A DNA stretch of 64,000 bases. It comes from the human T2T-CHM13v2.0 reference genome, Homo sapiens. Position numbers and translations under genes: made by a program. Below are positions 31,322 to 47,432 of this stretch, piece by piece (within the stretch, counting starts at the first letter, position 1; every line of letters begins with the position of its first letter). The notes under the pieces were generated by a model, which did no database searches, was not told the origin of the DNA, and worked only from the letters and a program-made list of their open reading frames with translations. The stretch lies in the NCBI RefSeq assembly GCF_009914755.1, contig NC_060926.1; one strand, given 5' to 3'.

Positions 31322-33872
31322 TATATCAATGAAAAATAAACACAAAAAGCTGGATTTTTAAAAATTAAACAAAATTGATAAACCTTTAGCAGACTAATTA
31401 AAAAAGAGAGAATAGCCAAATACATAAAATCAGAGATGAAAAAGGCAACATTACAACTGATACCCCAGAAATTTAAAGGACCATCAGTGGCTACTATGAG
31501 CAACAATATGCCAATAAATTGGAAAATCTAGAAGAAATGGACGAATTCCTAGACACAGACAACCTGCCAAGATTGAACCATGAATAAATCAAAAATCTGT
31601 ACAGACCAATAACAAGTAACCAGATCAAAGTCGTAATAAAAAGTCTCTGAGTAAAGAAAAGCCCAGCACCCAATGACTTTGCTACTGAGTTCTACCAAAC
31701 TTTTAAAAAAGAACTAATACCAATTCTACTCAAATTATTCTGAAAAAAATAGAAGAGAAGGGAATACTTCCAAACTCATTCTGTGAGGCCATTATTACTC
31801 TGATATCAAAACCAGACAGACACACATCACAAAAAGAAAACTACAGGCCAATATCTCTGATGAATATTGGTCAACATACACGAATCAATGTGATGCATCA
31901 TATTAACAGAATGAAGAATAAAAACCATGTCATTATTTCAATTGATGTTGAAAAAGTATTTGATAAAATTCAACATCCCTTCATGAAAAAAACCCTAAAA
32001 AATACTGGGCAGAGAAGAAATATACCTCAACATAATAAAAGCCATATATGACAGATCCACAGCTAGTATCATACTGAATGGGGAAAAACTGAAAGCCTTT
32101 CCTCTAAGATCTTGAACACAGAAAGGATGCCCACTTTCACCACTATTATTCAACATAGTACTGTAAGTCCCAAATAAAGCAATTATTCAACAGAAAGAAA
32201 GGTCATCCAAAATAAGAAGTCAAATTATCCTTGTTTGCAAATGATATGATCTTATATTTGGAAAAACCTAAAGATTCCATGAAAAAAATGATTAGAACTG
32301 ATAAACAAATTCAGTAAAGTTGCAGTATACAAAGCAAACATACAAAACCAGTAGCATTTCAATATGCCAACAGTGAACAATCTGAAAAAGAAATTTATAA
32401 AAGTAATCTCATTTAAAATAGCCACAAATAAAATTAAATACTTAGGAATTAACCAAAGTGAAAGATCTTTATAGCAAAAACTATAAAACACTGATTTAAA
32501 AAATTGAAGTGGACACCAAAAAAAAGAAAAGATATTCCATGTTCGTGGATTGGAAGAATCAATATTGTTAAAATGTCCATACTACCCAAAGCAATCTACA
32601 GATTCAATGCAATCCCTATCAAAATACGAATGACGTTCTTCACAAAAATAGAACAAAAAAAAATCCTAAAATTTACATGGAACCATAAAAGACCCAAAAT
32701 AGCCAAAGCTATCCTAGGCAAAAAGAACAAAACTGGAGAAATTACATTATCTGACTTCAAATTATACTACACAGCTATAGTAACCAAAACAGCTGTTAAA
32801 CTATTAAACTTCTACAAGAAAACATCGGGAAAACTCCAGGACATTGGTCTGGAAAAAATTTCTTGAGGAACACCCCATAAGCACAAGCAACCAAAGCAAA
32901 AAATGGACAGATGGGATCACGTCAAGTTAAAAAGCTTCTGCACAGCAAAGGAAATAGTCAACAAAATGAAGAGACAATGTACAAAATGGGAGAAAATACT
33001 TGCAAACTACCCATCTGACAAGGGATTAATAACCAGAATATATAAGGAGCTCAACTCTATAGAAAAAAAAATCTATTAATCCAATTAAAACATGGGCAAA
33101 TGATTTGAATAGACATTTCTCAAAAGAAGACATGCAAATGGCAAACAGGCATATAAAAAAGTGCTCAACATCACTGATCATCAGAGAAATGCAAATCAAA
33201 ACTACAATGAGATATCATCTCACCACAGTCAAAATGGCTTATATCCAAAAGACAGGCTATAACAAATGCTGGCAAGGAGGTGGAGAAAAGGGAACCCTCA
33301 TACACTGTTGATGGAGAGGTAAATCAGCATAATCCTATGGAGAACAGTTTGGAGGTTCCTCAAAAAACTAAAAATTGAGCTACCACATGATCCAGCAGTC
33401 CCATTGCTGGGTATATACCCAAAGGAGAGGAAATCAGTATATCAAAGAGATATCTGCACTCTCATGTTTGTTGCACTGTTCACAATAGCCAAAATTTGAA
33501 AGAAACCTAAATGTCCATCCACAGATGAATAGAAAAAGAAAATGTGCTACTTATACATAATGGAGTACTATTCAATCATAAAAAAGAATGAGATCCTATC
33601 ACTTGCAACAACGTGGATGGAACTGGAGGTCATTATGCTAAGTAAAATAAGTCAGGCACAGGAAGACAAACATCACATGTTCTCACTTATTTGTGGGATC
33701 AAAAAATCAAAATAGTTGAACTCATTTAGATAGTAGAAGAATGATTATCAGAGGCTGGAAAGGGTAGTGGGGAGGAGACTGAAGTAAAGTGGAGATGGTT
33801 AATGAGTACCAAAAAAACAGAACGAATAAAACCTAGTATTTGATAGCACAATAGGGTGACTATAGTCAATAA

Positions 33873-34199
<327 letters not shown>

Positions 34200-36397
34200 T
34201 AAAAGAGTACAATTGAATTGTTTGTAATACGAAGAATAAATGCTCGAGGGGATGGAAACCCCATTTTACATGATGTGATTACTACACATTACATACCTGT
34301 ATCGAAACATCTCATGTACCCCATAAATATATACACCTACTTTATACCCGCAAAAATTAAGATAGATTTTTTTAAAAAACAAAAGCTTGAGTGGAGAAAA
34401 GAGATATTTCTTTTTAATAAAAACTTCCTGTTTTCCCCCTTAGAACTCACAATGAGTATGAGGTGGCAGTCAAGAGAAAAAAAAAATCCCTGTGCTTCAG
34501 TGTCTGAAACTGGGAAAGTAAAAAATCAAGAGAGATCCATACATGCCTTTGCTTTGCTGTGCCCCTTGGTGACCCACACTGAGGCAACACATGGCTGTGG
34601 GTTTCCATTGTTAGAGTAAATGTGACCTTTCTTACACAAGGGGATTGCGGTTTTGATCAATTGAAAGGACCCCGTGGGCAGCCAGGGATCAGCATAAAGG
34701 GTGAAAGGTGAGCAATAAATATGCCAGTGCATAAACACAATTAGGTTTATAAAAAAGGCACTGAAGCAAAATGAAACATCGGGGGTTTACAAAAGTAACA
34801 GACATGTTCTGTGTTTTAGAGATGGATTGATGGCTAATTAACTGTCCAGAACCATTCTAACTCCTATACATAGGAAAACATGAGCTGAGACAAAGAATGA
34901 TTGATTTTAGTGGGAAAGTCCTGTATTGTGAAATGAGAGAGAAAGGGAGGACAGGGTAAGGCAATTATTGGAAATATTGAGTTTGCACAGCTTATCTCTT
35001 TTTTTTCCTTTTTTTTATATTCCTTTTTGAGTTTACACAGTTTAGATGTGGAATCTGGATTTTGCCAGAGACTGGGTTTTGTTGCTGCTATTGCTCTTAT
35101 TGTTGTCGTTTGCGTTGTTTAAAAGTATCTTGTAGTAAGGCAATAGTTATACCTGTCATGAAGGCGTAGCTGGACCACAAGGTTTACCAGAACCTTTTGA
35201 GGTTACTGGCACTGGAATCCAAAGAAAGACAGTGTTAGTCAACTTTAATTGTATAGAGATGATCACACTATCATTAGAAGAAAGAGGAGCTTTTGCCTTT
35301 AACAGTAATTACTTTTTCCATATTTAGAGTTAAGTATTTCAGGAGCTGAGAAAGTGCCCATAATACGAACAGGCACCATCACATCTTGAAAACATAAATA
35401 CTTTCTGTTTAATTCATTCTGTGTCCTGAAATAAATCGTTTCTGCCAACAGCTCCATGTGCATCCACTCTCCTAGATTTGAAACAGTCAAACCAAGGGTG
35501 TGTACACCACTGATGGATATCAGTCTAATACCAAACGTCTACATTCAAAATAAATCCTAAGCACAAATAGCAACAGGGAATTCATCACCTCTGTGGTTCT
35601 CTTCTCCTTGTACCCCACAAAGATCAATTTCTCTAACGGCAGTTACCCACTTCCTCTCACTGGGGGAGCTTCTAAGAGAGGTAAGCGAGAATACACCCAG
35701 AGGAAAAATGTGCTAAAGGCTGAAGAGAGAGAACACGTAGCCAAAGATGATAGAGGGGTCGGCAAAAAGGCAAAATGGGTTGGATGACAAAGTTTAAATT
35801 GGCAGCGAAAATTTAAGACCAAAGATAAACAAAGAACTTGCTTTTTTGAAAGCAAAAAAAACCTAGACTCTAGATTCTGTCAATTAGCGATATCAAGCTC
35901 TAGAAAAAATAACTGACTTAAACGTAAAATTGGTTAATACTTAGAAAAACTGGTGATAATTCAGAGCAAGTTTCACAAACTTTTTTCACAAACTCTTTTT
36001 TTTTTTCTTTTCTATGTTAGGCTGTCTTCACTGTAGAGCAGGGATAGGTCAGTGATGTAAATTAGGGATTTCAGAAAGTCATGTGACAAGGTCTTTCATG
36101 ATAGCCTGGTAGGCAAAATGGAGACAACTGGGCAAAGTGATAATACGGATAAGAGGCAACGTTATGAGGACAGAAAATGTGACTGACTTGTTCACCGCCA
36201 TATCTCCTTTATGCTGCACAGAGCATGACACAGGCTCAAAAATGGGTCCTGATTTGGTATAGTTAGGTGCATTCACTGATGACTGAGGAGTAATACCAAA
36301 AGCACATTGTTTTCTGGATCCATGTGAACAGACTTGGTTTCATTTGCTTCCATATCTCTAGGGCATGGAGTAGGCACTTAATAAAATCTGATGACTA

Positions 36398-36710
36398 GGC
36401 TGGGCACAGTGGCTCATGCCTGTAATCCCAGCACTTTGGGAGGCCAAGGTGGGCAGACCGCTTGAGCCCAGAAGTTCAAGACCAGCCTGGCCAACATGGT
36501 GAAACCCCATCTCTACTTAATAAAAAAAAAATTAGCCAAGCGTGATGGCACACTCCTATAATACCAGCTATTCAGGAGGCTGAGGCATGAGAATCACTTA
36601 AACCCAGGAGGCAGAGGTTGCATTAAGCCAAGATCGCACCACTGTACTCCAGCCAGGGCAACAAAGTGAGTGAGACTCTGTCTCAAAATTAATTAATTAA
36701 TTAATCAATT
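36398..36710 (+). mobile_element. Alu (S/J) with (TTAA)n tail, inserted in L2 3' end
   Basis: Dimer; TSD AAAT(C/G)TGATGA. Confidence 0.9.
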
Positions 36711-37019
36711 TTAAATGTGATGAATAAATGAATAAACCTATAGATCTTTTACAACATTCGTATAAGATTTTCTTAGTCTTAACATTTTAATTGATGACTT
36801 GATTGAAGCTATATTTTTAAAAAACAAGATTGCCAGTTATTGCAATTGCACACATACTGAGACAATGTGCTTATGGATAGATAAAAATACAATGAATAAA
36901 AGGGACATAGGTCAATACCAATAAAACAAAATTTAATATCACTAAATGTATATTCAAAAATGCACAAAGAATAGGAGGGCTCCCAGCTTGAAATAGCTTA
37001 CTTTTTAAAAGCTATGACA

Positions 37020-37915
37020 GTCACCAATACCATCAGCCCCCTGAGCCATCCAGCTATAAAACCTAGATACAGTGCATGGAGCATCTATTTAGGAACACTG
37101 CAAAATAAATGATAGCAAGAAGATTTGGAAAGGACACCAGAATTCAAAGCACCACCAAGCCAGTACTGAGTTTTCCCTTTTTTTCCCTCCTGGCCAGGAC
37201 TCAGGGAAGTCTGAAACTCTGAAGTGGGCACCCAGATGTAGACAGAGAGTGCTTCAAGAAAAGCCCTCTAGTTTTGGGTCCAGGAGTGGGAAAGGAGAAT
37301 TCTAACACTCATCGAGATGGGGGCAATTCATCATTTTCCTTTGTTCATTTTTCTGTCATGCCCCAGAAGCCAGACGATCCCATGACAACAGTTGCAGCAA
37401 AGACAGTGGTGGCAGCAGAGGCTGCAGGTCCCTAAAACTCTGAAGTACAGAATGTTCCTCTCTGATCAGAGGAGCTGTGGTCCCCCAAAGTGGGGCAAAT
37501 CCCTGTTGGTTTTTTCTCTCTCTAGCCTCCTACTATTTGACTCTGAATACACACAGACTGGGCTAACTTAAAACTCAGTTTTTTGGGCTGGAGAACTAAA
37601 AAGATGAAGGAAACTGAAAATTCTGAGGAGAACGTAGAGAGGGAGGAGCTAGGAAGTGTGACCCAATAAAGTCGTTTCTAGGCTCTGGAGCTTATTCCTG
37701 AGTGGTGTGTGCATGAATCTGACCCTTAACAGCATATCATAGACTTTGAGAACTGAAAGGTGGGACAGACTGCAGCCCAGCTCCCAGACTGTACATTGGG
37801 TGGCACATACAAGGGACAGAAACAAGGAGCATTGCATAGGCTTTAAAAACTGAACTAACGTTGGAACCACACCCAGAGCGGATTGATCAGAAATCACAGC
37901 CTGTACGTAACTGTT
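37020..37915 (+). mobile_element. Probable old L1M 5' region
   Basis: Resembles L1MC/MD 5' ends; lies upstream of the 38.5-43.9 kb L1M body. Confidence 0.45.
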
Positions 37916-37935
37916 TATGTTCTCAAAGGTTATGG

Positions 37936-38235
<300 letters not shown>

Positions 38236-38269
38236 TTATGGTATGCTGTTGATTCTATTGATTCTTGGG

Positions 38270-38445
38270 GGATGAAGATTGAAGCTCCCAGTTTTAACTG
38301 TAAATTTGTCTATTGCTTTTTCAGGTTTCGTAAGTTTTTGCTTTATGTATTTTCAAGCTTTGTTATTAGGTGTGTACACATTCAGAATTGTTATGTGTTC
38401 TTGGTGAATGGACCCCTTTTTCTTTATGTAATGCCCTCCCTCTCT
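38270..38445 (-). mobile_element. Antisense old L1 ORF2 endonuclease fragment
   Basis: Reverse complement resembles the sense L1M segment at ~38615-38770. Confidence 0.65.
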
Positions 38446-39733
38446 GTCAGAATGCATGTAGGGCAACATAGTGAGACCTTCTCTCTTAATCAATAAATAA
38501 ATTTTTAAAAAATACATGGGTGGAAAAAATGATAGCCTTAATTAAAAAAAAAAAAACTTTAAAGCTAGAGTGACTATTTAATAGCAGAGAAGAATTCAGA
38601 GCAAAGACAATTACCAGGGATAAAAAGGGACATTGTCCATTAACCAAGAATATGTAACCATCCTAAGTGATAATATACCTAGCAACAAAGCTTTAAAATA
38701 CATGAAGCAAAAACTAACAAAACTGGAAGGAAAAATGGACAAACCCACAATTATAGTTGAAAATTTCAACTCTCCTCTTTCAGTAATCGTTAGAACAAGT
38801 AGACAGAAAATCAGCAAGGACACAGAACTGAACAATGCTATTAAAGAACTGTATCTAATCAACATTAATAGAATATTTTACCCCATAACAACATGATAGT
38901 CTTTATATAGGCACACAGAATATTTATCAAGATAGAGCATATACTAGGTCATAAAATAAACCTTATCAAAAGTAAAAGAGTTGAAATCACACAAAGTTCT
39001 TTGGCCATAAGAAAATTAAACTAAAAATCAATAATAGCAAAAAAAGTTTTAAACACTTTTAAATTAAACAATAGATCTTTAAACAACCCACAAATCAAAG
39101 AGGAAGCCTCAGGAGAAATTAGAAAATACTTTGAATTAAATGAAACATAAAATAAAATGTAAAAATTTGTGGTGTACAGGTAAAGCAGTGTTTAAAGGTG
39201 AAATTATACCCATTATGTGCTCATATTAAGAAGAAGAATGATCTCAGATCCACTAGCTAAGATTCTATTTTTAAAAACTAGAAAAAGAAGAGCAACATAT
39301 GTTCAAAGCATGCAAAAGGAAGAAAATAATAAAGGTAAAAGCAGAAATCAATGAAATTAAAACTAACCAAACCAAAAAAGGGCAACTGGAAGAAAGAAGA
39401 CTAGACAAAATAAAACCAAAAGCTAGTACTTTGAAAAGATCAATAAAATTTAAAATTCTCTATCAAGATCAACAAAGAAAAAAGGAGAAAAGATACACAT
39501 TATCAATATCAGGAAAGAAAGATGGGATCACTATAGACCCCACAGATGTTTAAGGTATAAGGGAATGCTACCATTCTAAGCACATAAATGGAACAACAAA
39601 GATGAAATGAACCAGTTCCTTAAAACCTCAAAATACCAAAATGCAACCAAGATGAAATAGACAATCTGAATTTTTCTGTAACTATTAAAGAAATGGAACA
39701 TGTCGTTGAAAACCTTCTAAAAAGAAATTTCTA

Positions 39734-40030
<297 letters not shown>

Positions 40031-41236
40031 TCTAGACTCAGATGGTTTCACTGGCAGATTCTATAAAACATTTAAAGAAGATATTACATCAATTCCATAC
40101 AATATCTTCCAGGAAAGAAAAGAGAAGTGAGTTCTTCTCAGCAAAGTTTATGAGGCTACTAGCATTATCCTGATAACAAAACCAGAAGATGATGATAGTA
40201 CATGAAAACTATACAACAATAGCCTTAATGATGAGAGGCACAAAATATTATTGAATCTAATTCAGCAAGTATAAAACATGAAAAATATACCACAACTAAG
40301 TGGAATTTATCCTGGGAAAGCAAGGCTGGTTCAATATTTTTAAAATTAATCAGTGTAATCCACCATATCAATAGCCTAAAGAAGAAAAACCATATGATCA
40401 GATCTCGATTGCTGCAGAAAAAAAAGCATTTTCTAAAACTCAACATCCATCTCAGATAAAAATCTCAGCAAATTAGGAATAGATGGGCTTTTTCTCAATC
40501 TGATAAACAGCATTCTCAAAAAAACAAAACTACAGCTAACATCATACTTAATCATGAAGACTGAATGCTTTTCCTCTAAAGTCAAGAACAGAGCAAAGAC
40601 TTTTAACACTCCAATTTAGCATTCTACTAGAACTCCGAGCCAGTAGAATAAAACAAGAAATAAATAAATTAAATTAAATGCACACAGATTGAAAGGAAGA
40701 AATAAAACTGTTTCATAAACAACGTAAAAATCCCGAGGAATTTACCCAAAAAAAAAAACCCTCCTAGATCTAAGTGAATTTAGCAAAATAGCAGGCTACA
40801 AGGATAACACATAAATATCAATTATATTTTCATTTACTAGCAATAAACAAAGGGAAACTGAAGTTTAAAACACAATACCACTTATAATATGTCCAAAAAA
40901 TTATATACCTAGGTATAAATCTAACAAAAATTTTTAAAGGCTCTGTATGCTGTAAACCTCAAAGCACTGATTTTAAAATATCAAGATCTGTATGAATAGA
41001 GAGACATACCATGTTCAAGTACTGAAAGACTCAACATAATAAAGATGTCAATTGATCCATATGTTTAATGCATTCCAATCATAATCCCAGCAACATATTT
41101 GGCAGATATAGACAATCTGATTCTAATATTTATATGCAAAAGCAAAGGAACTAAAATAGCCTAAATAATTTTGAAAAGGGGGAATAAAGTTGGAAGAATC
41201 ACACTACTGTATTTTAAGATGTACTACAAAGCTACA

Positions 41237-41340
41237 CCAGCATGGCACATGTATACATATGTAACTAACCTGCACATTGTGCACATGTACCCTAAAACTT
41301 AAAGTATAATAATAATAAAATTAAATTAAATTTAAAAAAA
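41237..41340 (+). mobile_element. Ultra-short young L1PA 3' end (L1PA2-like)
   Basis: CCAGCATGGCAC..GTAACTAACCTGCACATTG..AAAGTATAAT plus A-rich tail; 11-bp TSD ACAAAGCTACA. Confidence 0.88.
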
Positions 41341-41898
41341 ACAAAGCTACAATAATCAAGAGAATGTAGTATTGGCAAAGGAACAGACACATAAATCAAT
41401 GAAACATAATAGAGTCCAGAAACAAAACCATACATATATTAATTTTGACACACATGCAAAAGCATTTCAGTGGAGAAAGGATAGTCTTTTCAACAAATAG
41501 TGTTGGAAACATTGAGTATCCATGTGCAAGACAATGACACTCGACTCATAACTTGCACCATATATAAAAATTAACTCAAAATGGGTTATAAATCTAAATG
41601 TAAAACCCAAAGTGATACAATCTTTAGAAATATATATAAATAGAACTTCATGACCTGGGTTTAGGCAAAAAGTTCTTTGATAGGACACTAAAAATGTAAT
41701 CTATGAAGGAAAATATTAATAAATTGGACTTCAAACAAATTTAAAACTTTTACTCTGCAAAAGATGTTCACTGTTAAGAGAATGAAAAAAAAGCTACAAA
41801 CTGGGAGAAATTATTTGTAAATCGTATGTCTGGTAAAGGACTTCTATCCAGAATTTTTTTTAACTCTCAAAATTCATTAGTAAAAAAACAAACAGTTA

Positions 41899-42222
<324 letters not shown>

Positions 42223-42775
42223 AGATGGAAAAAGATGTGTACAGATATTTCACCAAAAAGGATACACAGAAAGCAAATTAGCACAGTACAACATCTAACA
42301 TCTTCAGCAATTAGGGAAATGTCGATTAAAACCAGGATGAAATATCACTAAACTCCTAGCTAAAATAAAAATTACTGACAATACCAGGTGCTGACAAGGA
42401 TGCAGAACAACTAGAACAATCATGTGTTGCTGGTGGAAATTCAAAAACAGCTACTCTGAAAAATCATTTGACAATTTTTTATAAAGTTAGATATAGCCCA
42501 ACAATTTCACTTCTAAGTATTTACTTTAGAGAAATGAAGACATATTCACACAAAAACTTGTACTTGACCATTTTTAGCAGTTGTATTTATAATTGCCCAA
42601 AATTGGAAACAGCTAAATGTCCTTAAACTGGTGAATGGGTAAATAAACTCTGGTACATCTACACAATGGAATACTACTCAACAATAAAAAGGAACAAACT
42701 ACTGATACATGCCACAAATTGAATGAATCATAAAGGCACTATGCTGAGTAAAAGAAGCCAGTTTCACAAGGTTAC

Positions 42776-43604
42776 TGTGATACAGTGAGAAATACATATT
42801 TGGTCTTTGTCCCTGGTTCCTGACACAGAGCTCCTAAAACTTCCTGAGTGATGGGGATGATAGGAATGTCTTTTGTCGTTCATAACAAGCCCCTTTCCAC
42901 CATATTTGAGTTTATATTAATAAAGTGACTTAGTGGGCTCCTAGATAGCTTCAGGATGGGGACTGGTTGCTAGAGGAACCAATTACGTGATTACATGGTT
43001 GGGACTTTCGGCCCCATCCCCAGACCTCTAGGGAGGGGAAAGGGAATGGAGACTGAGTTAATCACCAATGGCCAATGATTTAATCGATTTTGCTTATGTT
43101 TATAGATGGAACCTCCATAAAAACACTCAACAATGGGGTTCTGAGAGCCTCCAGGTTAGTGAACACATTGAGGTGCTGGAAGGGGTGGTGCACCTGAGAG
43201 GGCCTGGAAGCTCTGCACCCCTTTGCCCTTACCACACCCCGCACATCTCTCCCATGTGGCTGATCCTGAGTTGTATCCTTTATAATAAACTGGCAACAGT
43301 AAGCAGAGTACTTTCCTGAGTTCTGTGAGCCATTCTAGCAAATTATTGAACGTGAAGAGGGGGTTTTGGGAACTCACTGACTTTATCCTCTGTCAGCCTT
43401 AAGTACGGGTGGCCCAGAGCAGAGGCTGTCTTGTGATATTACACCCTTAATGATTAGGATCTTTTCCAACTCCAAGCATCAGTGCCTGAAGTGAATTTTA
43501 GAACACCGAGTTGGTGTCCAGAAAGTTGGGGAATTGGTTAGTGTGAGAAAAAAAAAAACTGCACATTAGATGTCAGAAGTGTTGTGAGTAAAAACAATTG
43601 AGAA
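42776..43604 (+). mobile_element. MER21-like solo LTR
   Basis: TGTGATAC..TTTGGTCTTTGTCCCTGGTTCCTGACACAGAGCTCCTAAAAC..; TSD TTAC; host L1 resumes in register. Confidence 0.8.
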
Positions 43605-43889
43605 TTACATTCTGAATGATTCCATTTATGTAACATTCATGAAAAGACAAACTTTTAGTAATAGAAAACAGATTTGTAGGTTCCAGGGCTAGGGGGTCCC
43701 AGGAGGCTATGACAGCAAATGTGTAGTGGGAGGGAGGTTTTTGGAGTGATGGCACTGTTCTAGGTCCTGATTACGGCAGTAGTTACACAAATCTATACAT
43801 GTGTTAAGACTCATAGAATTGCACACTAAAAATGTCACTTTTACTATATGTTAATTTTTTAACTATGTAAATATTTTAAAGATAGGACA

Positions 43890-44490
43890 GTTTTTGTTGA
43901 ATACAGCTCAGCCGTGCCAAAAGTATGACTTAACCATCAAAAGAAACAGCTTGAGATGCATTAATGGAAGTATTCAATCCAGAACAAACAAAGCTACAGA
44001 CCCACTGGACTCTAAAGTAGCTAGACTGCATCTATAATATTGTGTTTTATTTGGGACATTGATAAAAATCAACAGCATCTAAAGGAAGGTGACCAAGATG
44101 ATTAGAGGATGATAGAAAGGATTAGGACTATTTAGCCTGGAGAAGAGAAGGAATGACATGGTAACTCTCCTACTATATTAGAAAAATGTCCAAGTAGTTT
44201 ACTGAGGCCTATTCTGTGTTACTCTTGAGGGAAAAAACTGTGTCCCCCAGGGAGTAGTTACAAGAAGGCAGATCTCAAACCACTATACAGGAAAGCTTTC
44301 TATCAAGTTGAGAATAAATAAAACGACCTGCCTAGATAAGCAGTGAGCCTCTCGTCATTGGCTGGAAATCACTGAAAATGTTCAAGCAGACGTTAAATAA
44401 CCATCTATCAAGGTTATTGTCAAAGGGATTACTTCACTGAGTAGGAGAATGATCTATTTAACCTCTAAGGTCTCCTGCAACTCCATCTCC
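43890..44490 (+). mobile_element. CR1/L3 3' fragment
   Basis: TTTAGCCTGGAGAAGAGAAG, GTTCAAGCAGA, ACCTCTAAGGTC motifs. Confidence 0.65.
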
Positions 44491-45664
44491 TGTATTCTGT
44501 TATAAATGATGCTCTAAATCACCCTTACCCTATGTGTATCTCCAACTCCCTACACCTCATTACAGTGTATACAGGGCTCACAAAATCCCCATGGACTCCT
44601 GCTAACACTGACTGTCTTAAGACAGCCTTCATGGCTGCTTTAATGATTTCCAGCCAGCAATGGGGGAGAAGATATGCTGAAGAACATGGGAAAAAAACTA
44701 AAATTTCTGTAGATAATGGATAGATAACTTTTAACCAGGATATATAGAAAATTTTTGACTCTGCTCTGTTTGATAAGTTATTGTATCAGATCCAAAATGA
44801 ACTACTACGAGCCTTAAGACCTATTTCGACTTCCCTGTTCTGGCCCCTGCTCTAGTCTAGACGAGGAAACTGGGAAGCCCCATGTCCTGAAAGTTACCAT
44901 ATGCAAAATAATTCCCATATTCTTTCCTACTCTTTTCAGTTCTTTAAATATCACTCTTTATATTTTCCTCTCTAGTTTTCTCAGTGAATTATCTAGGCCC
45001 GGATCTTTCAAAAGTCTAACTACAAATTAGGATGAGAGGGACTAGTTAAGGTTACAGTGGACTGGATCAGGGCAGGCAAGAGGGTTAGCTTCAAGCTAAC
45101 AAAAATTGGAACAAGGGGATGGCTGTGGAGATTAGTTTTCTCTGGCAGGACATGAGTCAGGGAAACTGATAAGGATTTGGATATCTGAATTTGGAAGGGC
45201 AATATTTAAAGCAGTTGATCAGGCACAGGATAGACATGATTTCAATCAGAGGTTCTGTGTCACCCCAATGCTTCTAAGAGAGATGAGTTGAACTGCCCAC
45301 GTCCATGACCATCATGATGCCTTTCCGCATCAGAGCCCATGGGCCTACCTGGTTGACCCCATCCTCTTGTTGAAATTCGATTACAAATTATTTATATCAT
45401 CAGATGCAACTTTACTCTTTTCAGGGTGTTAATGAAGTTATTATAGTTCCCTTTATCAAGTCCATTATTGAATTTAAGTCTGTTTGGCAGACAAAAGTAG
45501 TCTATGATATTAGAAGTCAGATTACTTATTGCAGCAGTTAATCACTGCAAGCTAGCATAGGAGGTTTCTGGAGTGTTGGTCATGTATCTTGATCTAGCTG
45601 CATTCAATTTGAAAATTCTGGTTTTTATGGTTTTTACACTTTTCTGTATTTACGTTATGCTTCA

Positions 45665-46014
<350 letters not shown>

Positions 46015-46589
46015 GTAAAAGCCTTGGGCAGAGGCCTCCTGACACCATCTAGGTAGTGGGCAGCCAGCAATGCAATATGTAGACCTCAGCCTTCTTTCTT
46101 TCTTTTCCTGTGTGTGTGCACATCTCACACCAGCTCATTCAAATCTACACACACCCAGATACAAACAAGATCTGTTCAGAGGCTGGAGAAGCCAGAAAGG
46201 ATGCTCCAAAGGGATATATCTGCCTTCTCTTCCCAACTCTGACCCAGGTGAGAATCCAGGGGTTGGCAGATGCCATGCTATAGAACAGGATTTAATATTC
46301 TGTTCCTCAGTGTTAGAAAGGCCGTCCTCATTCTCTCAGGAGAAATCCAGGTCCTCTGAGGTAGAGAAATAAGGCAACTTTAAACATCAGTTAACTAATA
46401 ATACATATGTGTATATCTAGCAAAAAGGAAAGAATACATTAAAATGTCAACAGTTACTTCTGCTGAGTGATAGGATTAATTGAATTTTTTCTTTAGACTT
46501 TTCTCATTTCACTTTTATGTTTTGTATGTGATCATGTATTGTTTTAAAAAACATATAAGTGCTATAGTTAAAATTCTTTTTTTGTTTGT

Positions 46590-46882
46590 TTGGTTCTTTT
46601 TTTTGAGACAGAGTCTTGATCTATCGCCTAGGCTGGAGTGCAGTGGCGCGATCTCAGCTCACTTCAACCTCCACCTCCGGGTTCAAACAATTCTCCTGCC
46701 TCAGCCTCCTGAGTAGCTGGGATTACAGGCATGTGCCACCATGCCTGCCAATTTTCGTATTTTTGGTAGAGACGGGGTTTCAGTATGTTGGCCAGGCTGG
46801 TCTCGAACTCCTGACCTTGTGATCTGCCCGCCTCAGCCTCCCAAAGTGTTGGGATTATGGGCATGAGCCACTGTGCCCGGCT
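46590..46882 (-). mobile_element. AluSg-like
   Basis: Antisense dimer; TSD TATAGTTAAAATTCTT. Confidence 0.92.
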
Positions 46883-46944
46883 ATAGTTAAAATTCTTATG
46901 TTCGTATAGGCCATTATTATTTTCAAACATAAGCATAAATTTTC

Positions 46945-47150
46945 CCAGTGGATTCTTTGTATACTTTGAATACAAGTTCTTTATCATATGTGTTTTGCAA
47001 ATATTTTTTCTTAGTCTGTGTCTTGTCTTTCCATACTCTAAACAGTATCTTTTGCAGAGCAGAAGTTTTAAATTTTAATAAAATCCCACAAACCACTTTT
47101 TTCTTTCATGGATTGTACTTTTGGTGTTGCATCGAAAAACTCATCCCTAC
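46945..47150 (-). mobile_element. Old L1M fragment
   Basis: Antisense ORF2 3' motifs (TTTTGCAAATATTTTTTC..GCAGAAGTTTTAAATTTT). Confidence 0.7.
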
Positions 47151-47432
47151 CAATTGATTCTCTGATATTATTCTCTGATATAATTGTGTTTATATCAGAG
47201 AAATAATTCTCTGATATTACTTATCTCCATTTTGCAGATGAAAAAACCAAGACTCAAAGATTAACTAACTTGACTTAGCTCAGACCTGCAGCAAGTAATA
47301 GATTTGGGACTGATTTATATTCCATTGCTTTTTCCACTATATGATGTTGCAATGCTATCTGATCCTATTATTCTTGCTTTTGTTTTCTTTGCTTTTCTTT
47401 CGTTTTTTCTTTTCTCTTTTAAAGTTGTTTTT

